The notes under the pieces are model-generated. The model made no database searches. It was given only the letters and a program-made list of their open reading frames with translations, and was not told the origin of the DNA. DNA of 64,000 bases from Lytechinus pictus (lineage: Eukaryota), in NCBI RefSeq assembly GCF_037042905.1, contig NC_087260.1, positions 24,738,001-24,802,000 of the forward strand, read 5' to 3'. Position 1 is the first letter of the stretch, and every line of letters starts with the position of its first letter. Below are positions 50,201 to 60,761 of this stretch, piece by piece. The position numbers and the translations under genes are program-made.

Positions 50201-51101
50201 GCTGTTGCGTCTGTCTGCTCTTCTCTTCCCGGTCTGAGTACTTCCTCCTGCTCATCTCTCACAGGCTCATACACATTTCGTCTGATCCCTTCCCTCTCAA
50301 CTTCAGTCAGTAACTCATTCCTTTTGATCACACGTACCTGATCTGCAAGTATTTGCTCTGATGTTGGGAAAAGACCCTTCTCTTGCCAGATCTTGTACAT
50401 TCTCTTGATGTAGCCTCTTTCCTGGTCAGGTCTGCTCTCATAATAACATTTCATGACATTCATATTGTCTCTTCTGCTCCATTCTCTTCTTGTTGAAGTT
50501 TTTGGTCCAGTAGTAGATTGACGACTGGATCCTGCCTGAGCCTCCACACAATCCATACCGGGCGCGAGCGAACTATGCAGGCTAGTTCTCTCGTTTTCGC
50601 CGTTAACGTTTGTATTCAAATCTGTATTCATCATTTGCATGAGTGATTGTGCCGTATCCCTGGCTCGGGGAAAAGAGTTGGCGTTACCCTGGAACTTTAC
50701 AATTAAAGTGTAAAAAAATTTTGTTCAGCTAGGCCGTTTATCTCCCAAAGTATCTCAGTTCTCCACCATCATAATCGTCTCCTTTCATCGTTCTACGTCA
50801 CTCAAAGTAGCGCGTAACAATGGTTGCCATCAAGCCAGCGTAGTATCATCTACTTGTTATCGTGCGCGCTTCTCGAATAACAACTTTCTATGAAATTTCG
50901 ATAAAAAACATCATGAAACTCACTGATATATGTCCTAATTATTCTCCAAATGCTAATCACGGTACTCCATCGGGTTCCTGGTGTTGTATTGCATCTGCTG
51001 ATATAGATTTCCTTCCAGAAATCGTAAGATAAACAGTAAAATGATGGCAAAATACGGGAGCAACTTTTTAACACGTCCGTTCAGTAAGGATTTGCGCCCT
51101 C
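47257..51101 (-). mobile_element. R4/Dong-clade non-LTR retrotransposon A (degenerate single ORF 50640-47380: N-terminal helical domain, RT, CCHC, restriction-like endonuclease)
   Basis: WKAAGPDG, YRPITCL, FQGDSLSPLLF, YMDD, CRMC..ET..H...C, RHD, RPDI, IDIAIP, KY; in-frame TAG at 50095, other stops and frameshifts; (ATT)n on both sides. The 5' boundary is inferred. Confidence 0.9.
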
Positions 51102-51220
51102 TATTATTATTATTATTATTATTCCTCTAAACAGGATCAAGTCCGTATTTTTTTCTTGAATAACTTTGCTCTAACAAAAAGCACCAAGTAATTTCAAGTG
51201 CAACTAGGAACTTTGCACTA

Positions 51221-54200
51221 CTAATGTCCGAGAGTCTTTCTTATCAATCTGGTTGTACCCAAGATAGCTGCCTTCTGAATGTCGTACATCCGAAGGTGAG
51301 GAGAGATCTTGGTTATGCAGGCTTCCATTCCCTTCTTCACCATTCCTGAGTGACCAATGATGACTGGTGTGACCTCTGCTTTCACGTTCCACATCCTCTC
51401 GATCTCAATCCTTAGGTCTTGATACTTGAGCCGTTTGTCTCTTTCCTTTACAGCAATGTTGATATCATGGGGAACAGAGACCTCAATGATATTTACTACG
51501 TTGTTGTCTCTGACGATGATGTCCGGCTTGTTGCAGTTGATGGTTCTATCCGTTAGTATGCCACAGTTCCAATATATGGTGCTGTTATTGATCGTGGTGA
51601 TCGTTTGTGGCTGATGTTCCCAAGCGTGATCACAAGTCATTTCACCGCGATCCTTCAGTAGTTGCAATTGGATAAGTTTGGCAATATTGTCATGTCTTGT
51701 GATGTACTCAGTTCCAGCAAGAGTCGAACATGCTGATACCAAATGCATGATTGTTTCGGTCTCTTTTCCACACATCCTGCAAGTGTCGTCTGTGTCTGTT
51801 CTGAGGATAGATTTTTCGTAGGCACGGGTCCTCACCACCTGGTCCTGAATAGCATAGACGAACCCTTCAGTTTCACCTCTTAGTCCCGCCGACTTAAGCC
51901 ATTGATGTGTGTCTTTCTGGTCTACAAACTCCCGATGCGTCTGTTTTTCATGGTGGCCATGAAGTCGCTTGGATTTAAGTTGCTCTTGAAGTTTCTTGTG
52001 AAAGGAGCATTTAAGTCTTGCCTTCTCTTTTTCACCGTAGGGTAGTGTCAGTCGATGTTGTGCCAATAAGATAGATGCTTGCTTGTTAATGGAGTATATT
52101 GCTTGACATTTATCATAATCGAGGGATATACTCGTCAGTATATCAGGTGGATTGGATAGGTAGTTGGCGAGGTTCGTTGCTTCCATATTCCAGACCATCT
52201 CAATTTGTTGTAGACCTCTTCCTCCAAGATCACGGGGAAGGTACAACCTTTCGATTGCGGCCTTTGGGTGATGTAATCTGTGCATCGTTAATTGCTTTCT
52301 GGTCATAACATCTAGGCCACATATATCAGCTAGTCTCCAGTTAACAATACCAAAACTGTATCTAAGCACAGGAATGGCTAGAGTGTTGATCGCTTCAATC
52401 TTATTTTTGGCATTCAGTTCGGATTTGAGGATCAGCCTGAGTCTTCTTTTGTATTCTGATGTTGCCTTCTCCTTCATTGTGTTATGGCTAATGACATCGT
52501 TCTCAGCTATGCCTAGATATTTATATGTCGAATCATTAGTCAGTTCCTTGATTGATGTTTCCTCATCTTGCACAAACATGTCGCCTGTATTTACCCTCCG
52601 TCCTCGTACAAGTGTAACTTTGGCACACTTGTCTATACCAAACGACATCTTGATGTCATCGCTGAAATGTTTAACTACTGCTATCATCTTGTGAAGTTCA
52701 TCGTCATTTTTTGCAAAGAGTTTGATATCATCCATATATATCAGATGGTTTATTGTCGTAGATACATCTTGCCCTTTGTATCTGTAGCCATAACTCGTAG
52801 CGTGTAAGAGATAGCATACTGGATTGAGAGCTAAGCAGAATAAAAGAGGAGATAAGGAATCTCCTTGAAATATTCCTCTCTTGATTCGGACCCCCTCCAC
52901 TGTCATCGAACGGGTGCCTATTGTAAGCGAAAGAGTAGTGCTCCATTGTTTCATACCTGCTGATATGCACTTGACTATTTGTGGATTGATGTGATACATC
53001 TCTAGAACTTTGATGATCCAACTATGTGGTACGCTGTCAAATGCCTTCCTGTAGTCTATCCAAGCCATGGATAGATTGGTCTGTCTTTGGCGAGCATTAC
53101 CGATTATTGCTTTGTTTGTCATTAGGTGATCTTTACAACCCTTCTTTCCTTTCCGACAACCTTTCTGAGTGACCTCCATTATGTCATGATCATCGATGTG
53201 TCGTTCGATGTGCATGGCAAGCGTTGATGTCAGCAGCTTATACATAGTATTAAGGCAAGTGATTGGACGATAGTTCTTAGGTTGTTTTGGGTCTTTGCCT
53301 TTGTACAGTAGATATGTCCTTCCAATTGGCAGCCATTTCTCAATAGTCCTGTTCCCTTTGATAATGTCATTGATGATTTTCAGTAGATTGGTATGGGTGC
53401 TACCAAACCTCTTTATCCAGAAGTTTTGTACACCATCTGGTCCAGGGCTTTTCCAGTTCTGAGTGTTCCTTATGATATTGTGTAGTTCAGGTAAGGTCAG
53501 GTCTACTAGCTGCTGCGCTGGCACATTGGACCATTTGTCTGCTTCCGACTGAATCCAGGGAGTTTCTTCGTGAGTGATATCATTATCCCAAAGTTCTTTC
53601 CAGTAGTTCTTCATATCATCTGCCGATGGAACATCTTTCGTCTCAGTCATCTTTGAATCCAGCTCACGAAATAATTTCTTTCTGTTTCCATGGAAGAGTT
53701 TATTCTGCCGTTTGAAATTGTTACTCTTTGTGTATCTCTTAACACGGTGTTTGAGAGCATTTATCTTCATTTTGAGCGTTTCTATAACAGTTGTCCTAGT
53801 ACGGGTCTTATCGTCAATGCGATATTTCTTCTGAAGTCTTTTGGTATTGCTCTTCATCCGATTGGATTTGATGTTTCCCTTATCTACTTCTCCGAGTTGA
53901 GCCACGTCTTTATATAGTTCTGCTATCTTAGTTTGTAGCCTTTTCTTCCATTCAGGAGCCTTCTTCTTATGATTGGTAGAGTGGTTTGATGAATGAAGCT
54001 TGAGTCCCATATGTTCTGTTACAGTTTTTGCTCCTGCCCAGATAAGACAGTTTATCTCCAACAAACTGGAAGGACTAGATTGCACCTTTTCAAGCATTTT
54101 ATCTACTTTGTCGATCACGCTCCTAGTAGTACAGCACCTTGTGTCGATCTTGGGAATTTGTGGTCTATCTGATATTGATATTCCCTTCACATATTCAAAG

Positions 54201-54925
54201 TTGCTCCTCAGTGCTGATAACAGCCGTTGATCGGAATCTCTGTCTTCATTTGTCGAGTCTTGTGATACAATCGCATCTCTCTCGGGTACAGATGATATGA
54301 TATTACCCGATACGTTCCTTTCACATTCGTTATCTTGTTGAATGTGAGGCTCTCCGCCGCATAGAAAATGGGCAACATCGTCCCCATGTTCAGTATCAGT
54401 AATTTCTTGTCTTTTCTTAGCCTTTTCTATTGCTGTAACCCGAAGAGTACGATATTTCACTTTAGGTTGTTGCAAGTGCTGGTGTATGTCTACATGTGAA
54501 GAGAATCCAGTCTTATAGGAGCTGTTTTTTCTTCTGTTCATCGTTGATCCCTTTCCCTCTCCACCAGCGGGCTTGTTGTCAGATGTGTCACAGTACTGAA
54601 AGAAATGTGCACCTCTTTGGTATTCGGCCTCAATCTGTGTGTCTACCGTTTCGATTTCATCTAGTTTTTGTAGAAGAGACAAGGAACACGCCCCAAATTG
54701 AGCGATGTAGTCATCTTTCTTTTTTTTCTTCTGAGCACTGTCCATATCAAGACGATTCATACGTTGTTCTTGTGATATTCTTTGGTTGTGTTCTCCATCT
54801 CGTAAGCCCCTATCACTCTGCGTCCGAACATCCTGTTGATTGTTGAATATAATCCCCTCGTCAAGAAATATATTCACTGTATTTCCAGAAACTGTACTTC
54901 CTTCATCATGGATAGAATTTCTCAC
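51221..54925 (-). CDS. Reverse transcriptase + CCHC + restriction-like endonuclease (1234 aa, uninterrupted; track start is GTG)
   Basis: WKSPGPDG, MAWIDYRKAFDSVPH, QGDSLSPLLF, YMDD, YKYLG, CRMC-H-C, RHD, KPDII, IEVSVP, K..KY. Confidence 0.95.
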   Translation of the reverse strand: MRNSIHDEGSTVSGNTVNIFLDEGIIFNNQQDVRTQSDRGLRDGEHNQRISQEQRMNRLDMDSAQKKKKKDDYIAQFGACSLSLLQKLDEIETVDTQIEAEYQRGAHFFQYCDTSDNKPAGGEGKGSTMNRRKNSSYKTGFSSHVDIHQHLQQPKVKYRTLRVTAIEKAKKRQEITDTEHGDDVAHFLCGGEPHIQQDNECERNVSGNIISSVPERDAIVSQDSTNEDRDSDQRLLSALRSNFEYVKGISISDRPQIPKIDTRCCTTRSVIDKVDKMLEKVQSSPSSLLEINCLIWAGAKTVTEHMGLKLHSSNHSTNHKKKAPEWKKRLQTKIAELYKDVAQLGEVDKGNIKSNRMKSNTKRLQKKYRIDDKTRTRTTVIETLKMKINALKHRVKRYTKSNNFKRQNKLFHGNRKKLFRELDSKMTETKDVPSADDMKNYWKELWDNDITHEETPWIQSEADKWSNVPAQQLVDLTLPELHNIIRNTQNWKSPGPDGVQNFWIKRFGSTHTNLLKIINDIIKGNRTIEKWLPIGRTYLLYKGKDPKQPKNYRPITCLNTMYKLLTSTLAMHIERHIDDHDIMEVTQKGCRKGKKGCKDHLMTNKAIIGNARQRQTNLSMAWIDYRKAFDSVPHSWIIKVLEMYHINPQIVKCISAGMKQWSTTLSLTIGTRSMTVEGVRIKRGIFQGDSLSPLLFCLALNPVCYLLHATSYGYRYKGQDVSTTINHLIYMDDIKLFAKNDDELHKMIAVVKHFSDDIKMSFGIDKCAKVTLVRGRRVNTGDMFVQDEETSIKELTNDSTYKYLGIAENDVISHNTMKEKATSEYKRRLRLILKSELNAKNKIEAINTLAIPVLRYSFGIVNWRLADICGLDVMTRKQLTMHRLHHPKAAIERLYLPRDLGGRGLQQIEMVWNMEATNLANYLSNPPDILTSISLDYDKCQAIYSINKQASILLAQHRLTLPYGEKEKARLKCSFHKKLQEQLKSKRLHGHHEKQTHREFVDQKDTHQWLKSAGLRGETEGFVYAIQDQVVRTRAYEKSILRTDTDDTCRMCGKETETIMHLVSACSTLAGTEYITRHDNIAKLIQLQLLKDRGEMTCDHAWEHQPQTITTINNSTIYWNCGILTDRTINCNKPDIIVRDNNVVNIIEVSVPHDINIAVKERDKRLKYQDLRIEIERMWNVKAEVTPVIIGHSGMVKKGMEACITKISPHLRMYDIQKAAILGTTRLIRKTLGH

Positions 54926-54942
54926 CTTCTCAGTGTTGGTGA

Positions 54943-57900
54943 TTACCGAGTTTTTCCTTTTCCCGATCTCTCTCTATCATTGTTGGTGTCGTGCAATTTG
55001 TCTACTTTATCTGTTATTCGTTTTCCCCTGTCATCTTGATTCTTTGTTGCATTACGCTTTCGTTCTCTACAAAGACTTTGGGCATTTTCCTTTATTCTCT
55101 CTAATTCAATGTCGCTGAAGTATTGAGTACTAATGATACTTTGTTTCATGTCCACTAGACCTTCTTCTCCAACGGATGGGTCACCATTATTTACAAGCCA
55201 CGTTTCTCTCATTCTCTTCCTGTAATATCTAGTTTTATGAGATACATCAGTCGCAAAGTAGAAGCAAGTCATAAGATTTTCCTTCTCTTTATTTGACCAT
55301 AATTTCTTTTCTCCTTTTCTTCTCACTTTGTTGTGTAGTGATTGTGTGTCTAGAATCATCGATGTTCCTACTTTGGCTTCGTCACCATTGGCACTATTGT
55401 AGTCAGAATGGCCATAGATCTCGTAGGCATCATCATCACCGGTATTTTTGTCATCAGCATCATTATGGTCCTCGATGTCATCATCATCGGCTTTTTTGTC
55501 ATCACTATCACCATGGCCATCGTTGGCATCAACAACATCGGCATTATCATCAGGGCCATTATTGGTATCACCAGTGCCGGCATTGTCATGATCACTGTCC
55601 TTAGCATCCCCATGGTCATCGATGGTATCGTCATTACCGGCATTATTGACTTCTCTACAAAGTATGTGTGCCTCTTGCTTTATTCTCTCTAATTCAATCT
55701 CGCTGAAATATTGAGTACGAAGAATACTTTGTTTCATTTCTGCCAGAGCTTGCTCTCCAACGGATGGATCACCATTATTTTTAAGCCACGTTTCTTTCAT
55801 TCTCTTCCTGTAATGTCTAGTTTTATGAGATACATCAGTCGCAAAGTAGAAGCAAGTCATAAGATTTTCCTTCTCTTTATTTGACCATAATTTCTTTTCT
55901 CTTTTCCTCCTCACTTTGCTGTGTAGTGATTGTGTATCAGTGATCTTCGAATTTTCATTATAATTGGCTGGCCATGTCGTATCATTGGCCTTGGGTGGAT
56001 GTCTTGATAATCTCTTGTCACACGTTTCTACTCTCCCGTCTTTATTTGGTTGGCCTCCTTCGTTCCTGCCTTTATGATACACATTCTCACCATCAATATC
56101 GGCATCATAGTCATCATCAGCTGTGTCATTGTTCACAACATCGCCATGGTTATCGTTTATAGCAACATTGTCATTATCTGCTTCATCGTTATTAGCTTCA
56201 GCATGGTCGTCGTTGGCATCATCATTAGGCTTGCCAGCATTATTGACTTCAGCATCACCGAGATCATCATTGGTATCGTCATCACCGGTATCATTGTTGT
56301 CAGCATCATCATGGCCATCGTTGAAATTATCAACACCGACATTATTGTCATCACCATCATGGTTTTCGTTGTCATCTTCATTACCATGGTCGCCGTTGGC
56401 ATCGCCATAGACGGCATTCTTGTCATCAGCATATCTATGGCCATCGTTGGCATTGTCAGCACCGGCATTTTTGTCATCACCATCCCCATGATCGTCGCTG
56501 GTTTCGTCATTACCGGCATTATCGATTTTTCTACAAAGTATATGTGCCTTTTGTTTTATTCTCTCTAATTCAATCTCGCTGAAATATTGAGTACGAAGGA
56601 TACTTTGTTTCATGTCTGCCAGAGCTTGCTCTCCAACGGATGGATCACCATTATTTTTAAGCCACGTTTCTCTCATTCTCTGCCTGTAATGTCTAGTTTT
56701 ATGAGATACATCAGTCGCAAAGTAGAAGCAAGTCATAAGATTTTCCTTCTCTTTATTTGACCATAATTTCTTTTCTCTTTTCCTCCTCACTTTGCTGTGT
56801 AGCGATTGTGTATCTGTGATCTTCGAATTTTCATTATAATTGGCTAGCCATGTCGTATCATTGGCCTTGGGTGGATGTCTTGATAATCTCTTGTCACACG
56901 TTTCTACTCTCCCGTCTTTATTTGGTTGGCCTCCTTCGTTCTTGCCTTTATGATACAAATTCTCACCATCAGTATCGGCATCATCGTCGTCATCAGCTTT
57001 ATGATTTTTCACAACATCGCCATGGTTATCGATTATAGCAACATTGTCATTATCTGCTTCATCGTTATTAGCTTCAGCACGGTCGTCGTTGGCATCGTCT
57101 TTACCAATATTATTGACTTCAGCATCGCCGAGAACATCGTTGGTATCGTCATCACTGGTAATATTGTTGTCAGCATCATCATGGTCATCGTTGGTATCGC
57201 CATCACCGGTATTGTTGTTGTCACCATCACCGAGATCATCATTGGTATCGTCATCACCGGTATCATTGTTGTCAGCATCATCATTGCCATTGTTGAAATC
57301 ATCAACACCGACATTATTGTCATCACCATCATGGTTTTCGTTGTCATCTTCATTATCATGGTCGCCGTTGGCATCGCCATCGCCGGCATTCTTGTCATCA
57401 GCATATCTATGGCCATCGTTTGCATCGTCAGGGCCGGCATTTTTGTCATCACCATCCCCATGATCATCGCTGGTTTCGTCATTACCGGCATTATCGACTT
57501 CTCTACAAAGTATGTGTGCCTTTTGTTTTATTCTCTCTAATTCAATCTCGCTGAAATATTGAGTACGAAGGATACTTTGTTTCATGTCTGCCAGAGCTTG
57601 CTCTCCAACGGATGGATCACCATTATTTTCAAGCCACGTTTCTCTCATTCTCTTCCTGTAATGTCTAGTTTTATGAGATACATCAGTCGCAAAGTAGAAG
57701 CAAGTCATAAGATTTTCCTTCTCTTTATTTGACCATAATTTCCTTTCTCTTTTTCTCTTCACTTTGCTGTGTAGCGATTGAGTATGTAGAATCTTCGACT
57801 TTCCAACTTTTGTTTCATTAACATTGGCATTATTGTCATCAGCCTCTCTATGGTCATCGTAGGCAACATCATCACCGGCGTTCTTGTAATCCGCATCAAT

Positions 57901-58617
57901 ATAAACATCGTTGGCGTCGTCAGGGCCGGCATTTTTGTCATCACCATCCCCATGATCATCTTTGGTTTCGTCATTACCGGCATCATTGTCAACACCATCA
58001 TCGTGGCCATCGTTGATATCTTTATTCCTTGCATTATTGTCATCAGCAACACCATTATCATCGTTGACAGCTTCAGTAAGGTCTACGTTGTCATCATCAT
58101 TATCATTATCATCATCACTTGCACCACCTACTTTCCGGTTCGAAATATTCACTTGGTTCCCTTGCTCAGTAAGATATATTTTAGCTCGCAATTTGATATG
58201 ATGTAATTGTGAGTCCGTGAAATATTTCGAACGGAAGATACTATGTTTCATATCCGCGAGTGCTTGTTCACTGACATTTGGGTCTTCGTTATTCAGAAGC
58301 CATAAATTCCTCATTGACCGTCTATAGTTTCTCGTCTTAGTGGTGTTTAATTTAGTTGCTACATAAAAGCAGAAAATAAGTTCTTCTTTTTCTACTCTCG
58401 ACCACCTTTTCTTTGTCTCTTTATCAGTTCTAGATCTAGTGGTTCTGCATTTGGGCTCATCTTGCGAAATACGGTTTGAAACAGATTCCATTCCTAGTAT
58501 TTCACGCCCGGTTTCTTTCCAATGAGGTATTGATTTTGATTTCCGAGTCCTACAAATGTGATCATTCATAGTTACTTCTTTATAATTGTCACTGGGACTC
58601 TTCTTTCGTGATTCCAT
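54943..58617 (-). CDS. 1224-aa protein with five Dong N-terminal (Myb-like) domains separated by Asp/Asn-rich spacers
   Basis: W(S)xxExxxLxxCFY..YRxxMRxxW..SVxEQALADMK.SI....F unit occurs 5 times and aligns by eye to the single N-terminal domain of element A. Confidence 0.8.
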   Translation of the reverse strand: MESRKKSPSDNYKEVTMNDHICRTRKSKSIPHWKETGREILGMESVSNRISQDEPKCRTTRSRTDKETKKRWSRVEKEELIFCFYVATKLNTTKTRNYRRSMRNLWLLNNEDPNVSEQALADMKHSIFRSKYFTDSQLHHIKLRAKIYLTEQGNQVNISNRKVGGASDDDNDNDDDNVDLTEAVNDDNGVADDNNARNKDINDGHDDGVDNDAGNDETKDDHGDGDDKNAGPDDANDVYIDADYKNAGDDVAYDDHREADDNNANVNETKVGKSKILHTQSLHSKVKRKRERKLWSNKEKENLMTCFYFATDVSHKTRHYRKRMRETWLENNGDPSVGEQALADMKQSILRTQYFSEIELERIKQKAHILCREVDNAGNDETSDDHGDGDDKNAGPDDANDGHRYADDKNAGDGDANGDHDNEDDNENHDGDDNNVGVDDFNNGNDDADNNDTGDDDTNDDLGDGDNNNTGDGDTNDDHDDADNNITSDDDTNDVLGDAEVNNIGKDDANDDRAEANNDEADNDNVAIIDNHGDVVKNHKADDDDDADTDGENLYHKGKNEGGQPNKDGRVETCDKRLSRHPPKANDTTWLANYNENSKITDTQSLHSKVRRKREKKLWSNKEKENLMTCFYFATDVSHKTRHYRQRMRETWLKNNGDPSVGEQALADMKQSILRTQYFSEIELERIKQKAHILCRKIDNAGNDETSDDHGDGDDKNAGADNANDGHRYADDKNAVYGDANGDHGNEDDNENHDGDDNNVGVDNFNDGHDDADNNDTGDDDTNDDLGDAEVNNAGKPNDDANDDHAEANNDEADNDNVAINDNHGDVVNNDTADDDYDADIDGENVYHKGRNEGGQPNKDGRVETCDKRLSRHPPKANDTTWPANYNENSKITDTQSLHSKVRRKREKKLWSNKEKENLMTCFYFATDVSHKTRHYRKRMKETWLKNNGDPSVGEQALAEMKQSILRTQYFSEIELERIKQEAHILCREVNNAGNDDTIDDHGDAKDSDHDNAGTGDTNNGPDDNADVVDANDGHGDSDDKKADDDDIEDHNDADDKNTGDDDAYEIYGHSDYNSANGDEAKVGTSMILDTQSLHNKVRRKGEKKLWSNKEKENLMTCFYFATDVSHKTRYYRKRMRETWLVNNGDPSVGEEGLVDMKQSIISTQYFSDIELERIKENAQSLCRERKRNATKNQDDRGKRITDKVDKLHDTNNDRERSGKGKTR

Positions 58618-58645
58618 ATTTATCTTTTAGTCGATTGGTGGACTC

Positions 58646-58794
58646 NNNNNNNNNNNNNNNNNNNNNNNNNNNNNNNNNNNNNNNNNNNNNNNNNNNNNNN
58701 NNNNNNNNNNNNNNNNNNNNNNNNNNNNNNNNNNNNNNNNNNNNNNNNNNNNNNNNNNNNNNNNNNNNNNNNNNNNNNNNNNNNNNNNNNNNNN
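58646..58794. other. Assembly gap (149 N)
   Basis: Run of N. Confidence 1.
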
Positions 58795-60731
58795 TTCCGT
58801 ATTTTTTTCTTGAATAACTTTGCTCTAACAAAAAGCACCAAGTAATTTCAAGTGCAACTAGGAACTTTACACTACTAATGTCCGAGAGTCTTTCTTATCA
58901 ATCTGGTTGTACCCAAGATAGCTGCCTTCTGAATGTCGTACATCCGAAGGTGAGGAGAGATCTTGGTTATGCAGGCTTCCATTCCCTTCTTCACCATTCC
59001 TGAGTGACCAATGATGACTGGTGTGACCTCTGCTTTCACGTTCCACATTCTCTCGATCTCAATCCTTAGGTCTTGATACTTGAGCCGTTTGTCTCTTTCC
59101 TTTACAGCAATGTTGATATCATGGGGAACAGAGACCTCAATGATATTTACTACGTTGTTGTCTCTGACGATGATGTCCGGCTTGTTGCAGTTGATGGTTC
59201 TATCCGTTAGTATGCCACAGTTCCAATATATGGTGCTGTTATTGATCGTGTTGATCGTTTGTGGCTGATGTTCCCAAGCGTGATCACAAGTCATTTTACC
59301 GCGATCCTTCAGTAGTTGCCAATGGATAAGTTTGGCAATATTGTCATGTCTTGTGATGTACTCAGTTCCAGCAAGAGTCGAACATGCTGATACCAAATGC
59401 ATGATTGTTTCGGTCTCTTTTCCACACATCCTGCAAGTGTCGTCTGTGTCTGTTCTGAGGATAGATTTTTCGTAGGCACGGGTCCTCACCACCTGGTCCT
59501 GAATAGCATAGACGAACCCTTCAGTTTCACCTCTTAGTCCCGCCGACTTAAGCCATTGATGTGTGTCTTTCTGGTCTACGAACTCCCGATGCGTCTGTTT
59601 TTCATGGTGGCCATGAAGTCGCTTGGATTTAAGTTGCTCTTGAAGTTTCTTGTGAAAGGAGCATTTAAGTCTTGCCTTCTCTTTTTCACCGTAGGGTAGT
59701 GTCAGTCGATGTTGTGCCAATAAGATAGATGCTTGCTTGTTAATGGAGTATATTGCTTGACATTTATCATAATCGAGGGATATACTCGTCAGTATATCAG
59801 GTGGATTGGATAGGTAGTTGGCGAGGTTCGTTGCTTCCATATTCCAGACCATCTCAATTTGTTGTAGACCTCTTCCTCCAAGATCACGGGGAAGGTACAA
59901 CCTTTCGATTGCGGCCTTTGGGTGATGTAATCTGTGCATCGTTAATTGCTTTCTGGTCATAACATCTAGGCCACATATATCAGCTAGTCTCCAGTTAACA
60001 ATACCAAAACTGTATCTAAGCACAGGAATGGCTAGAGTGTTGATCGCTTCAATCTTATTTTTGGCATTCAGTTCGGATTTGAGGATCAGCCTGAGTCTTC
60101 TTTTGTATTCTGATGTTGCCTTCTCCTTCATTGTGTTATGGCTAATGACATCATTCTCAGCTATGCCTAGGTATTTATATGTCGAATCATTAGTCAGTTC
60201 CTTGATTGATGTTTCCTCATCTTGCACAAACATGTCGCCTGTATTTACCCTCCTTCCTCGTACAAGTGTAACTTTGGCACACTTGTCTATACCAAACGAC
60301 ATCTTGATGTCATCGCTGAAATGTTTAACTACTGCTATCATCTTGTGAAGTTCATTGTCATTTTTTGCAAAGAGTTTGATATCATCCATATATATCAGAT
60401 GGTTTATTGTCGTAGATACATCTTGCCCTTTGTATCTGTAGCCATAACTCGTAGCGTGTAAGAGAGAGCATACTGGATTGAGAGCTAAGCAGAATAAAAG
60501 AGGAGATAAGGAATCTCCTTGAAATATTCCTCTCTTGATTCGGACCCCCTCCACTATCATCGAACGGGTGCCTATCGTAAGCGAAAGAGTAGTGCTCCAT
60601 TGTTTCATGCCTGCTGATATGCACTTGACTATTTGTGGATTGATGTGATACATCTCTAGAACTTTGATGATCCAACTATGTGGTACGCTGTCAAATGCCT
60701 TCCTGTAGTCTATCCAAGCCATGGATAGATT
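58795..60731 (-). mobile_element. 5'-truncated copy C of the element B family (ORF 58875-60722)
   Basis: Near-identical to B positions 51144-53077; ends in (ATT)n at 60729-60761. Confidence 0.95.
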
Positions 60732-60761
60732 ATTATTATTATTATTATTATTATTATCATT

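Larger units (their letters stand above)
51124..58645 (-). mobile_element. R4/Dong-clade retrotransposon B, near full length, 5' end runs into the assembly gap
   Basis: Two long ORFs, 97-nt 3' UTR, (ATT)7 at 51103-51123. Confidence 0.9.

Noticed and set aside
50641-51101. HDV-like ribozyme in the presumed 5' UTR of element A
   Set aside because: Could not assemble P1/P2/P3 pairings by eye; needs a covariance or RNAmotif search.
55293-58206. Hydrophobic Ile/Val-rich, Ser/Leu-rich and Met/Thr-rich ORFs overlapping the acidic ORF
   Set aside because: Shadow frames of the GAT/GAC/AAT-rich coding repeat; no independent evidence.
58589-58841. ORFs spanning the N run
   Set aside because: Artefacts of the gap. 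The STNRLKDKYGI peptide faintly resembles a Dong pre-RT motif but is too short to call.
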